Part shown: positions 49,797 through 64,000 of the stretch, piece by piece
Position numbering within the stretch: the stretch's first letter is position 1
Layout of the letters: every line of letters begins with the position of its first letter
Origin: Octopus sinensis
Lineage: Eukaryota
DNA: 64,000 bases
NCBI RefSeq assembly: GCF_006345805.1
Contig: NC_042999.1
Span: 127,162,001 to 127,226,000, forward strand
Direction of reading: 5' to 3'
The notes under the pieces: generated by a model
What the model saw: only the letters and a program-made list of their open reading frames with translations
Databases searched by the model: none
Told to the model about the DNA's origin: nothing
Made by a program: the position numbers and the translations under genes

Positions 49797-49997
49797 TATG
49801 AAGGATGCTGAAAACTCCCTGGCTTCAAAGTTATCAGAAGCCTAACCTTTCAAGTTCTTTTACAGGGCTTAGAAAAAGTGAAGGACAGCTACAATAAATG
49901 CTTGAATCTGAGAGGGGAATATGTTGAATAAAATCATAATTAACTGATCCTCCTGTATTTTCTTTTACCAAAAATCAGGAATTTTGCAGTACCTTAT
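49797..49997 (+). mobile_element. Mariner-derived MITE (family of 13678)
   Basis: TTCTTTTACAGGGCTTAGAAAAAG..GAGGGGAATATGTTGAATAAAATCATAATTAACTG. Confidence 0.8.
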
Positions 49998-50004
49998 ATG
50001 TATG

Positions 50005-50044
<40 letters not shown>

Positions 50045-50209
50045 ATATTAAACTGCAGCCAATGCCAAGCCCTCTATCTCGTGCATTATAGGGTTGAGAG
50101 AAGTGTGGAGTCACCCCTTAGTTACCATTACTCCTCAGTCCATCCTGACCTCAAATGGTAGTACCTGTCAAGGTTTCATCTAAGGGTTAAATAGGTTTCT
50201 CAGGGATAG

Positions 50210-50960
50210 AGAAGGCTCCCATTATTTTTGACAAAGCCATGGAGAAGGCAGCTTTTCTAGGAGAAAGAAACGCTGATATAAAACTTGCAGTCAAAATAGG
50301 ACCCATTCTTACCCTTGTTACTATATTTTCATAGCAACCACTCCCCTACTAATTACATCTAGATACAAACTCTCTTGGCTATTTCTGGTATGCTCATAGT
50401 ACATACTGTTTCAGTGCATCTATCACATATGAAATTTGCATTCTCCATTAATCTGCTATGATTCTGCTACACCTCATGTATGTCCATAGCTTACATTGGG
50501 TACAGTGTATGGAGTTTATGCCTACTCCTCTTCTGTATATTAAGCCAGGCTATTTTCCATTAGGAAGATTGCATCCATGGTACATCCTCCAGGCACAAAG
50601 CTATACTGCATTTCATCAAGGTCTACTCCATACTATAACTTTCCCCATGACCATCATAACCTGATCTAGTACTTTGTTTCCTTTATAATTTCTTCTCCCT
50701 TGCCTCTGAAGCAGTTTACAATGCTAGTCATTGGGTATCACACCTTCTTGTATAACATGCTTGAATATTTGGGTGGTAATCATGCATCCAACTTCATGAG
50801 ATATTTTGAGCATCTCTGTAACTATCCTTGATGGATTTGCAGCTTCCCCTCTCTTTGTAATCTTGATTGCTTTATCTACCATGCTGCTATTGATTTGAAT
50901 GGCTTATCTCTCTGTAGTGTCTGTGGCCTCTCATAATAGCACTTTGACAAAGACCAAAAG
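50210..50960 (-). pseudogene. Degenerate RTE LINE RT fragment (family of 5524)
   Basis: 50460-50540 is homologous to 6815-6900 (CTACACCTCATGTATGTCCATAGCTTACATTGGGTACA). Confidence 0.65.
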
Positions 50961-51039
50961 TCTAACAAAAGAAATGATAGATGGTAGTGTGAATATCCTT
51001 CTGATGTCCCAAGAGTGATGCACACTAAGTTTCCTGCAA

Positions 51040-51545
51040 CTGTAATGCTTTTAGCAGTGTTGAGTAATGAAGGTTACATCATGCCGGGTCACATCTTTTC
51101 ACATGGTCTCAGAATTAATGCTGTTAGATGCTTTAAGGTGCCGGAGACTGTTGTTTAGCCCTGGATGGATGATGTACCATATATATTTGAGTACCTTTTC
51201 ACAAAGCCTATGTAATGCAAGAATGGATATCAACTAATCTTTATGATCAAGTAAAAACCAAACATCTGGCCTCCAAACTTGCCAGATTTAATTCCTAAAG
51301 ACTACAACAAAAAGAAAACTAATCAGATGTTAATTGATATCCCCACAATAGCAAAGTCTTGTTCAAGGCTGCTGTTGTCCAGATGTCTGAAAGGAATAAG
51401 GACCATTTAGAGCAAGTGTATCAATGATTCCAGTTTGCCTGCATTGAGGCAGTCAGCAAATCTGAATGCTAATTCATCGAATGATTTTATAGCAAAAGTT
51501 ATGGAGAACATGTGCACAAATTTTTATCAAAATACATTCAGTTTT
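51040..51545 (+). mobile_element. maT (DD37D)-type transposase relic
   Basis: Reads EGYIMPGHIFSHGLRINA..PWM..PYIF and NIWPPNLPDLIPKDY. Confidence 0.7.
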
Positions 51546-52108
51546 TGATAGATCAAAGTTGTCTTATTAAATTATCAAATGTGTCCTCAAAATAACTCTC
51601 ACATCCTATGCATGCATGTGTGTGTGTGCATGTGTATGAGTGTACATACACACACACATGCACACACACACACACACACACACGTATGTATGTATGTATG
51701 TATGTATGTATGTATGTATGTATGTATGTATGTATGTATGTATGTATGTTTGTATGTGCAAGTACGTATATACATACACACATATATATTTATGAACATG
51801 AGGATTGGAGCAAGTAAAACACAGACTTTGACTGCTTTGAAACAATTGTAGTCTGTGTTTTACCTGTTCTATTCCTTACATTTTGGGATTTTATTAGCTT
51901 TTTAGCAACTACATTTGCATGACAGCTTCTCAGAATCCCTTTTAATTTCATTAGGGGACAAAATGTGTAACTTACCATGTTAATAAACATGCTTTATTGT
52001 ATATTGTCCATCTTCTGTCATCTGTACTAGCTGCATAAATACTTAAAGCTTACTAACTTCCTACACTTGGAGCCCTGGATCATAATTTACCTATTACATG
52101 TATTCATG

Positions 52109-54470
<2,362 letters not shown>

Positions 54471-54482
54471 TATCTGAATTTG

Positions 54483-54530
<48 letters not shown>

Positions 54531-54531
<1 letters not shown>

Positions 54532-55032
54532 AAATCAAAATAGATGAACATCAATGGAATTTGTATCTATGTGGTACCAGTGCCGGTGGCACACAAGAAA
54601 ACCATCCGAACGTGGCCGTACCCAGTACCGCACCGACTGGCCTCCATGCTGTGGGCACGTAACAATCACCATCCGATCATGGCTGATCGCCAGCCTAATC
54701 TGGCTCCTGTGTCGGTGGCACATAAAAAACACCATCCGAGCGTGGTCGTCTGCTAGCCTTGTCTGGCACCTGTGTCGGTGGCACATAAAAACACCATCCG
54801 AGCGTGGCCGTTCGCCAGCCTCGTCTGGCACCTGTGTCGGTGGCACATAAAATCACCCACTACACTCTCGGAGTGGTTGGCGTTAGGAAGGGCATCCAGC
54901 TGTAGAAACACTGCCAGATCTGACTGGCCTGGTGCAGCCTTCGGGCTCCCCAGACCCCAGTTGAACCGTCCAACCATGCTAGCATGGAAAGCGGACGTTA
55001 ATGATGATGATGATGATGATGATGATGATATA

Positions 55033-55063
<31 letters not shown>

Positions 55064-55560
55064 AAATCAAAATAGATGAACATCAATGGAATTTGTATCT
55101 ATGTGGTACCAGTGCCGGTGGCACACAAGAAAACCATCTGAACGTGGCCGTAGCCAGTACCGCACCGACTGGCCTCCATGCTGTGGGCACGTAACAATCA
55201 CCATCCGATCATGGCTGATCGCCAGCCTAATCTGGCTCCTGTGTCGGTGGCACATAAAAACACCATCCGAGCGTGGTCGTCTGCTAGCCTTGTCTGGCAC
55301 CTGTGTCGGTGGCACATAAAAACACCATCCGAGCGTGGCCGTTCGCCAGCCTCGTCTGGCACCTGTGTCGGTGGCACATAAAATCACCCACTACACTCTC
55401 GGAGTGGTTGGCGTTAGGAAGGGCATCCAGCTGTAGAAACACTGCCAGATCTGACTGGCCTGGTGCAGCCTTCGGGCTCCCCAGACCCCAGTTGAACCGT
55501 CCAACCCATGCTAGCATGGAAAGCGGACGTTAAATGATGATGATGATGATGATGATGATG
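54531..55560 (+). repeat. Near-identical 532-bp tandem duplication of an RTE 3'UTR fragment
   Basis: AAAATCAAAATAGATGAAC begins at 54531 and at 55063. Each unit has ~50-bp subrepeats and a (GAT)n tail. Confidence 0.92.
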
Positions 55561-55729
55561 ATATATATATATATATGTATGTACATATATATGTATATAT
55601 GTATGTATGTATGTATGTATATGTATACACACACATATATATATTTAATATATCTACATTTACAAACAAACATACATACATATATAATGGAAAAATTATA
55701 CAAAATGTATAAATATAAATACACATATA

Positions 55730-55895
55730 TAGGTGCAGGCATGGCCATGTGGTAAGAAGCTTGCTTCCCAACCACATAGTTCCAGGTTCAATCCCACTGT
55801 GTGACACCTTGGGCAAATGCCTTCTACTATAGAGTCAGGCTGACCAAAGCCTTGTGGGTGGATTTGGTAGATGAAAAACTAAAAGAAGCTTGTTG
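55730..55895 (+). mobile_element. SINE group A, 5' half
   Basis: TGGCCATGTGGTAAG..GGTTCAATCCC. Confidence 0.85.
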
Positions 55896-55903
55896 TATAT
55901 ATA

Positions 55904-56585
55904 TCATCATCATCATCATCGTTTAACGTCCGTTTGCCATGCTGGCATGGATTGGATGGTTTGACTGAGATCTGGAGAGCCAGTGGCTGCACCAGGCTCC
56001 AATTTGATCTTGCAATATTTCTATAGCTGTCTTTTCTACTGCCCTTCCTAACGCCAACCACTCTGAGAGTGTAGTGGATGCTTTTTATGTGTCACTGATA
56101 CAGACAAGCCTGTCATTGATCATGTTCAGATAGTGCTTTTTACATGCCTCTGGCATGGGAGCCAGTCAGGGAGCACTGACATTGGCCATGTTCGGATGGT
56201 GCTATGCAATGTCACTGGCAAGGAAACCAGTCAATGGGCACTGGCTTCGGGTATGTTTGGATAATGCTCTTTACATGCCACCAGCACAGGAGCCAGTCAG
56301 ATGGACCTGGCATAGACCACGTTTGGATGGTGCTTTTACATGCCACCAGTATGGGAGCCAGTCAGGGAGCATTGGCCACAGCTACGATTTTGGTATTACT
56401 TGACTCAACAGGTTTTCTCAAGCATATCATATCACCCAATGCATCAAGGGTATTCTTAAATGGGCCGGACATGCAACACTGGTATCGGCCATGACTGTGA
56501 TCTCACTTTACTTGCTGAGTCTTCTCAATCACAGCATATCTCCAAAAGTCTTAGTCTCCTGTCATTGCCTCTGTGAGGCCCAACG
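55904..56585 (-). mobile_element. RTE LINE 3'UTR fragment
   Basis: (CAT)n-GTTTAACGTCC.. through to TCATTGCCTCTGTGAGGCCCAACGTTC, the ORF-end junction as at 6168-6195. Confidence 0.82.
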
Positions 56586-56593
56586 TTCATATA

Positions 56594-56965
56594 CAGGGTG
56601 CGGTGAATGAACTGTCATCTAAATAAGGCAAAAATGAAATAACACTGACATCTCGTTTTAACAGATATATTTACTAAAATCACTTAAAAATATCTTGAAA
56701 TGCTAAAGAGTAAATTTATTCAATAAAATTGCCATTGGCTTCTACCACAGCCTCCAGACGACTTTGGAATCTCCTGCAATTCTTCTGGATGGTCTTCTTG
56801 TTTAAGTTGGTGAATGCTGCCATAACCCTTGTCTTCGGTTCATCTTTGGTGTTACAAGGAGTTTTGTTGGTCTCTCACTCAACTGCATCCCACACATAAT
56901 AATCAAGGGGTCATAGTCTGGGGAGATAGGTAGCCAGATGTTAGAGGTGATGTGGTCGCAGAAAT
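56594..56965 (-). mobile_element. maT (DD37D)-type transposon 3' end
   Basis: TIR CAGGGTGCGG after TA. Minus strand reads FCDHITSNIW..SPD..PLDYYVWDAVE.ETNKTPCNTKDE..SRLEAVVEANGNFIE*. Confidence 0.8.
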
Positions 56966-57239
56966 ATACACACACACACACACCCAGGTATAAGTTAGAG
57001 GTGTTTGAAGCCTCTAAGGGATAGATATATCCGACTTCTTCATTTTGACGATGTCTACCATTGGCAATGAGGCAAAAATATAAATATATATTTTTCTCAC
57101 CATGGTAAACAGAAATGATTGCAAACAACTTCACTCTCACCCTCACCTTTATTTACAAATTAAATAATGGCTTACTTGCACAAAAGACACACTTCTGTTT
57201 GTTATTTTTCCTTTTTTCTTCTCGTCTCTCTCTCTCTCT

Positions 57240-57299
<60 letters not shown>

Positions 57300-57324
<25 letters not shown>

Positions 57325-58040
57325 ATATATATATATATATACACACACACACTTATGTATATATATATATATATATATCATCATCATCATCATCATCATC
57401 ATCGTTTTACGTCCACTTTCCATGCTGGCATGGTTGGATGGTTTGACTGAGGACTGGTGAGCCAGAGGCTGCACCAGGCTCAATCTGATCTGGGAAAGTT
57501 TCTACAGTTGAATGCCCTTCCTAACGCCAACCCCATCTGAGAGTGTAGTGGGTAGGGTTGGCCAAAAGCCATCTGACAGTAAATCAAAACAATTTAATTC
57601 CAAGATTAAAACAAAAATTTATTTTATAAGAGACTTCGCCAATAAATAGACAAATGTTGAAAGAAAAAGTTGATTTTAACTCAGCATTCAATTATTAAAT
57701 ATTCAAAATTGGAATGAATAAATAAAATTGAATAGTAAGTATTTATGGAGTTTTGATTTGCTCTTGGCTGACTTTAGGCGAACTCTGTGTGTATATGTGT
57801 GTGTATGTATATATATATTTATATACACACACAGAGTTTTATGTATGTATATATATTTATATATAGTCTGGTGTATATTTACTAGATGTCTTATGTGCGA
57901 TTTCTGTAAGTTGAGTCAGTTTTGTTTGTTTTGTTTTGTTTTTTGTACTGTAAGAATCATTTTTTGATGGTAAATACTGTTTAAGAAATGGGTTTTGTAT
58001 GTGAATATGTATGTGTGTGTGTGGTGTGTGTGTGTGTATA

Positions 58041-58071
<31 letters not shown>

Positions 58072-58750
58072 TATGTATATATATATATATATATATATAT
58101 CATCATCATCATCATCATCATCATCGTTTTACGTCCACTTTCCATGCTGGCATGGGTTGGATGGTTTGACTGAGGACTGGTGAGCCAGAGGCTGCACCAG
58201 GCTCAATCTGATCTGGGAAAGTTTCTACAGTTGAATGCCCTTCCTAACGCCAACCCCATCTGAGAGTGTAGTGGGTAGGGTTGGCCAAAAGCCATCTGAC
58301 AGTAAATCAAAACAATTTAATTCCAAGATTAAAACAAAAATTTATTTTATAAGAGACTTCGCCAATAAATAGACAAATGTTGAAAGAAAAAGTTGATTTT
58401 AACTCAGCATTCAATTATTAAATATTCAAAATTGGAATGAATAATAAAATTGAATAGTAAGTATTTATGGAGTTTTGATTTGCTCTTGGCTGACTTTAGG
58501 CGAACTCTGTGTGTATATGTGTGTGTATGTATATATATATTATATACACACACAGAGTTTTATGTATGTATATATATATTTATATATAGTCTGGTGTATA
58601 TTTACTAGATGTCTTATGTGCGATTTCTGTAAGTTGAGTCAGTTTTGTTTGTTTTGTTTTGTTTTTTGTACTGTAAGAATCATTTTTTGATGGTAAATAC
58701 TGTTTAAGAAATGGGTTTTGTATGTGAATATGTATGTGTGTGTGTGTGTG
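57300..58750. repeat. Near-identical 722-bp tandem duplication (RTE 3' end plus a ~235-bp Tc1/mariner-type MITE)
   Basis: ATCGTTTTACGTCCACTTT begins at 57401 and at 58123. MITE termini are TAGGGTTGGCCAAAAG / CTTTAGGCGAACTCTG. Confidence 0.92.
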
Positions 58751-58769
58751 TGGTCTATGTTTGTGCAAA

Positions 58770-59673
58770 TATAAGCAAAGGCTCCTTCTCAGTCTGCTAG
58801 TGTTTATGTATTAGTTTGTATGCCTGTATGTTTGTATGTATGTATATGCATATATGTATGTAAGTGGAGCTTCTTCAGTATATGTTTGTGTGTGTGTGCA
58901 TGCATGTATTGGCAAGTATTTAAGTGTGTCAGTGAATGAATTTAAGAAGGGCTTCCTTCTGTGTGCACGTGTGTGTAAGAATGAATATAAGCAAAGCACC
59001 CTTCAATGTATGTTTGGGCTCATGTGTGTATATGTAAGTAAATAAAGCCCCTTTTAAGCTGTGTTTGAATGTGTTCGTGTATATATATGAATGTAAGCAC
59101 CAAACTCTTCTTTATTACAATATATGTCTCTGTGTGCATACATGTATATGTATGAATGTAGTAAGCAAAGCTCACTTCTATGTATATGAGTGTGTATATG
59201 TGTATGTATGTGTATGCATCCATGAATGACTGTTAAGCAAGACATCTTTCTGTGTGTTATGTTTGAGTGTGTATCTATAAATGCGAAAAATGTGCCCTTC
59301 TCTGAACGCGTATGTGTGTGCAGGAGTGTGATATGAGATGTGTGATGTGTTATATGTGTATATATGAATGTAAGCGAGAGATCTGTGTATATTTGAACCT
59401 ATGTATAAATGTGTGTGTGTATGAATGTAAGCAAGGGATTTTCTGTGTATATTCGAATGTATATATGCATGTGTGTGTGTGTGCGTGTGTGTGTATGAAT
59501 ATAAACAAGGGATTTTCTGTGTATATTTGAATGTACACATTTGAGTGTATGTGTGAGCATGTGTCGGTTTGTGTGTGCGCACACATGAATGTAATAAGGT
59601 GTTTTCTATGTATACTTGAGTGAATGTACAAATCTGTGTATGCATATATATACATACATATACATATATATAT

Positions 59674-59729
<56 letters not shown>

Positions 59730-59765
59730 ATGTATATATATATACATATATATGTATGTAAGCAA
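58770..59765. repeat. Degenerate minisatellite: ATGAATGTAAGCAA core with TG/TA spacers
   Basis: About 11 recognisable cores at irregular 55-170 bp spacing. Confidence 0.7.
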
Positions 59766-60339
59766 GACACGCACACACCCACATTTCCGTATGAACGTAT
59801 ATATATATATGCATTTAACTTTATCTGTATACATATATATATATATATACACACACAGATATATATATATATATATTATATATATATATTATATATATAT
59901 ATATATATGTATGTATGTCTGTACGTATGCATGTATGTACGCACGTGCATATACACACACACACACACATATTGGTTTGTGTGTGAGTGTGTGAGTGTGC
60001 GTGTGTGTGTGTGTGTGTGTTTAATGTTTGTGTGCCTGCACTTGAAAGACTCCCTGTAATGGTATCATAATACCTCACTGAAGCACATATGGGTTTCCTT
60101 TACTTCAGACTTACTCCTACAGCTTGTGGCCTACTGCCCTACTGTTGACCTCTCTGCCTCACTGAAAAGTGAGAGTTGGATGTTTTATTTATTTATATGT
60201 TTTGCTTATTTCTGGTTTTTCTTTTTGTATTTATTGATTTATATCTTTCCCTTCTTTTTTTTCCTAGTTTTTTTTTATTCTTATTTTTACTCTTTGTGTA
60301 AGAAGAGAAAAAAGAATGCCTTATCAGGAGCAGACATCA

Positions 60340-60396
60340 CTATCCTCACCACAACAATAATCAGCATACACACGTGCACACACACACATATACATG

Positions 60397-60428
<32 letters not shown>

Positions 60429-60577
60429 ATATATACATGTATATATATATATATATTATATATATATATATTATATATATATATATACACACATACACAC
60501 ACACACTCTACAAGACCATCACCACCATCACTACTTATTCATTGCCACCTTAATGACTACTGCTGCTGCTGCTGCTG

Positions 60578-60611
<34 letters not shown>

Positions 60612-61820
60612 AACTACTACTTCTTCAATGACCAATCATTGCCATCACTCTTACCATCACCATTAACACTGTCATCACCAACATGTAATCATGATCTTCA
60701 CCACCACCACCACCACCACCACCACCACCACCAGCATCCTTACCAAATATTAATTGCTACCATCAACCTCCCCCACCAAAACTCTACCCCTCCATCTACC
60801 ATTACTGTCATCTCCATGATACCCCATTACCACCATCATCTTCATCCTCCTCCTCCTCCTCCTCATCATCATCATCATTGACATAACCCTCCACACCACC
60901 ACCAATACCGCTACTGCTGTTACCTCTTATGCGACTTCTATAAACCATTTGTCACTATCACCAACACCACTTTAACCATTGATGTGGTTGTATGACCTAG
61001 TAGAAATAGAAACTAAATCTGGTTTAAAATGTCTCAAATGCCTTTGTAAAAAAGGAAGGTGGCAGGGGTAAGGGATAAGGAGGCACCTTATTTAATGTTG
61101 ATACAATAAACTCCTGAAATGATAGGATGGTAATAGTTGAAATGCCATTGATCATAAGTCTACTCAATGAAGCATGGCCTGACTGAAGTTTAAACAACAA
61201 CACATACAACATTGCCACCACCTCTCCTCTATCCTATCCCTCCTCCTCTTCATCATCAACGTCGTCGTCGTCGTCATCATGATCATCATGATCATCATTA
61301 TCATCATCAGTAACAGTAGCCACACAGGAAAGAAAGGCTTCTCAGAGGAGCTGGAATGTTATAAAAGTTTGATTAGTAAGATGAAACATGAAAGGATAAT
61401 TCTCTTTGTTGCCCTCCTACACACGCACACACACACACACACGCACACACACACAACACACCACACACACACACACAACACACGCACACACACAACACAC
61501 ACACACAACACACACACACGCACACACACAACATACACACGTGCACACACTTCATCTTGTCTGTTATTTCTATCTGGTCTCTTCCGTATCCACAAACGTC
61601 ACAAAAATCCTTACTTAACAATCCCTCTTTCTCCTAAATGCACACATACACACACACACACACGTATCCATACACAAGCACATGTAGACATACACATGCA
61701 TAATCATATACACATACATTGTACATGAGCATATACACATATTCATATACATACACGTCTATACATACATACATGTATATAATCACATCCACATACATTA
61801 TACACGTGCACATATGCACA
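60340..61820. repeat. Microsatellite-rich block (TA, CTA, CAC, CAT, CA)
   Basis: Direct reading of the sequence. Confidence 0.9.
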
Positions 61821-62567
61821 TTTAAAGTGTTACATTTTTGTAACCAAAATATTTTCCTATGAATTTAAAACATGTATTTTATTTAAAGTTTCTTTTTCTC
61901 CTCTAATTTAAACTAATTTAATTAGTTTGAAATATAAACAAAATAAATATTTTCAACTCAACGATATTTGCAGAGTTTTCTTTATATTTTTTAGCAAATA
62001 ACTTTCAAAGAAAAGAAAAAACAAAACAAAACAATAAAAAACAGGAAGCCAAAAATAAATGAAGACGTAAAAATAATACAAGCATTTAATTTATAATAAT
62101 AAAAATATATTCACTCATGGAAGTTATTTATGGAGGAAAAAACATTTAAAGACATCACGTAGAACCCCTCAGTTTTCATGGAAATTTCAAAGTAGAAAAA
62201 TGACCTCTTAGGAATGCTTATGAAAAGGCCTACTTGTTGGAAGAGAGAAAAAAATTAAATGATAGTTTTTTGTTCATTTTCTTTTTTTTTTATTATTTTA
62301 TTTTGTTCATGTTTACTTTAGCTAAACACTTTTCTTTCTTTTCTTTCTTTAATAATATTTACTTTACAATTAAGGCATTTTGGGTTTTATTCTTCAAAGG
62401 ACAGTTTTTTTTTGGTTTCTGTTTTGTTTTGTTGTTTTTTTTTACTTTGGTGATTCTAGAAGAGAGGAAATATAAAAAGTTATGGACAAGAAAACTAATT
62501 AAAACGTTAAAAAAAAAATCAAATTATATAGAGAACACATTTTTGGACAGACCGAACTATTCCTACT

Positions 62568-62900
62568 AATATCATCATCATCATCATCATCAACATTTAA
62601 TGTCCATTTTCCATGCTGGCATGGGATGATGATTTGACAGGAAGTGGTAAGACCAGGGGCAATACCAGGTTCAACCATCTGTTTTGGCTTGGTTTTTATG
62701 GTTGCACGCCCATCCTAACACCAACCACTTTACAGAGTGTACTGGATGCTTTTTATATGGCACCATCACATGCTTTTTAAGTGGCACCAGTGCCAATTCT
62801 TTTTATGTAGCACCTTGCTTTCAGGATCTCAATTCTCTTGTGGTGGGTTTGTCTTCTCAAGTACAGCAGTGCACCACATATCTCAGTTCTCTGTCATCTC
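62568..62900 (-). mobile_element. RTE LINE 3'UTR fragment
   Basis: (CAT)n-TTTAATGTCCATTTTCCATGCTGGCATGG..CCTAACACCAACCACTT. Confidence 0.75.
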
Positions 62901-62946
62901 CTTCATAATGCTCAGCATTTTATATACACATATTGAGTCATTCCAT

Positions 62947-63824
62947 AGATAATGCAGTTTTTTCAGTTGCATAAACTAAAAGTAAGATAGTATAAACTAA
63001 AGCAGGTAGTAATCTTACCTTGTCCTTATTCTTAGTGCAAGTTTTGAAGAGTGCAGTTCGATTTTAACAGTTATTTTTACAAAGTTATAATGGAAGTGAC
63101 AAAGAGCATATTCAGCATATTTTGCTTTATGAGTTCAATAAAGGCAACAACGTAATGGAAAGTGCAAGGAATGTTGATGTAGTATATGGGGATCAGACAA
63201 TGAGCGTAAGCCAGAGTCATCAGTGGTTCCAGAAATTCTGAGCTGGAAACTACAGCCTAGAAGATGAGCCTCATCCTGGAAGATTTGTAGAGCTCAACAA
63301 GGACATCCTGCAAACCTTGGCGGAACAAAATCCCATCATTACTGTGAAGGAACTAGCAGAGAAGTTTGGATTTGGTCATTCAACCAGTCGTTCAAGTCAA
63401 TGCTAGAAAAAGTAACTAATTTTGGTTTCAAGATGAAAGGTATTCTTCCATCAGAATAATGCTTGGTCACAAACTGTGAGGATGACATTCCAAAGGCTAG
63501 AGCAGTTTGAATGGGAAACAATGCCCCACCTACAATATTCATCAGATATTTCCCCAGCTGAGTATCATTTATTCAGCAGTCTTCAAAATCATTTGGACAA
63601 AATACATGAATTCTATAGATGAGGTCAGAACTGTACAGGAGGAGTATTTTTTTATCATGGACAAGTGAATTTTGGAAGAGGAGCCTTGCATATCTACCAG
63701 ATAGAGGGAAGAGCATTGTAGAAAATGAAGGAGAGTATATTTTAGATTAAAAAAGAACCTTATCTTAATTCTGAAAAATAAAAGAAGTATAAAGAAATCG
63801 CATTATTTATGAGATGATCCAATA
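62947..63824 (+). mobile_element. Internally deleted mariner, same family as 40455
   Basis: ATGGAAGTGACAAAGAGCATATT start region. The deletion corresponds to about 40945-41310 of the other copy. 3' TIR GCATTATTTATGAGATGATCCAATA. Confidence 0.88.
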
Positions 63825-63832
63825 CATAGACA

Positions 63833-64000
63833 TACAGGCGTGGATATGTGGTTAAGAAGCTTATTTTGCAACCACATGATTTCAATTTCAGGCCCGCTGT
63901 GAGGCACCTTGGCCAAGTGTCTTCCACTATAGTCTTGAAGATCATCCAATACCTTGTGAGTGAATTTGGTACATGGAAACTGTATGGAAGTCCTTCATAT
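63833..64000 (+). mobile_element. SINE group A, 5' half
   Basis: CAGGCGTGGATATGTGGTTAAG..GGCACCTTGGCCAAGTGTCTTC. Confidence 0.8.

Noticed and set aside
58770-59765. CRISPR-like repeat-spacer appearance
   Set aside because: The repeats are degenerate, spacing is irregular, spacers are microsatellites, there are no cas genes, and the context is eukaryotic.
60126-60881. 251-aa ORF
   Set aside because: It starts at a non-ATG codon and runs through TA, CTA and CAC microsatellites. Only the first ~15 codons lie in unique sequence.

Overview
AT-rich eukaryotic DNA, dense in microsatellites and transposons. The repeat families match what I recall from octopus (cephalopod) genomes; this is recognition, not a search result. 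There is no intact cellular gene, rRNA, tRNA or CRISPR array. The window is a mosaic of: three tRNA-headed SINE groups (called A, B, C here); RTE-clade LINEs, including one young 5'-truncated copy at 5524-7490 whose (GAT)n-tailed 3'UTR explains a dozen scattered fragments; CR1/L2-type LINE tails; mariner and maT (DD37D) relics; piggyBac-, hAT- and Tc1-type MITEs; non-autonomous Helitrons; and Penelope-like (PLE) pieces. The most notable signal is a set of type I hammerhead ribozyme (HHR)-like motifs. One is a well-folding HHR with a 92-nt structured insertion in helix II and a palindromic helix III (53929-54068). One is a minimal PLE-type HHR (2625-2659). Two degenerate ones sit in ~260-bp direct repeats 796 nt apart, a retrozyme-like layout (33635-34689). 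A PLE reverse-transcriptase relic also lies in the window. Other signals: four short locally templated insertions, a SINE/LINE shared 3' tail, inverted SINE pairs, two near-identical tandem duplications, and weakly supported small plus-strand exons suggesting the window may be intronic. Most ORFs in the supplied track are microsatellite artefacts. Repeat boundaries are approximate unless a TSD or TIR is quoted.
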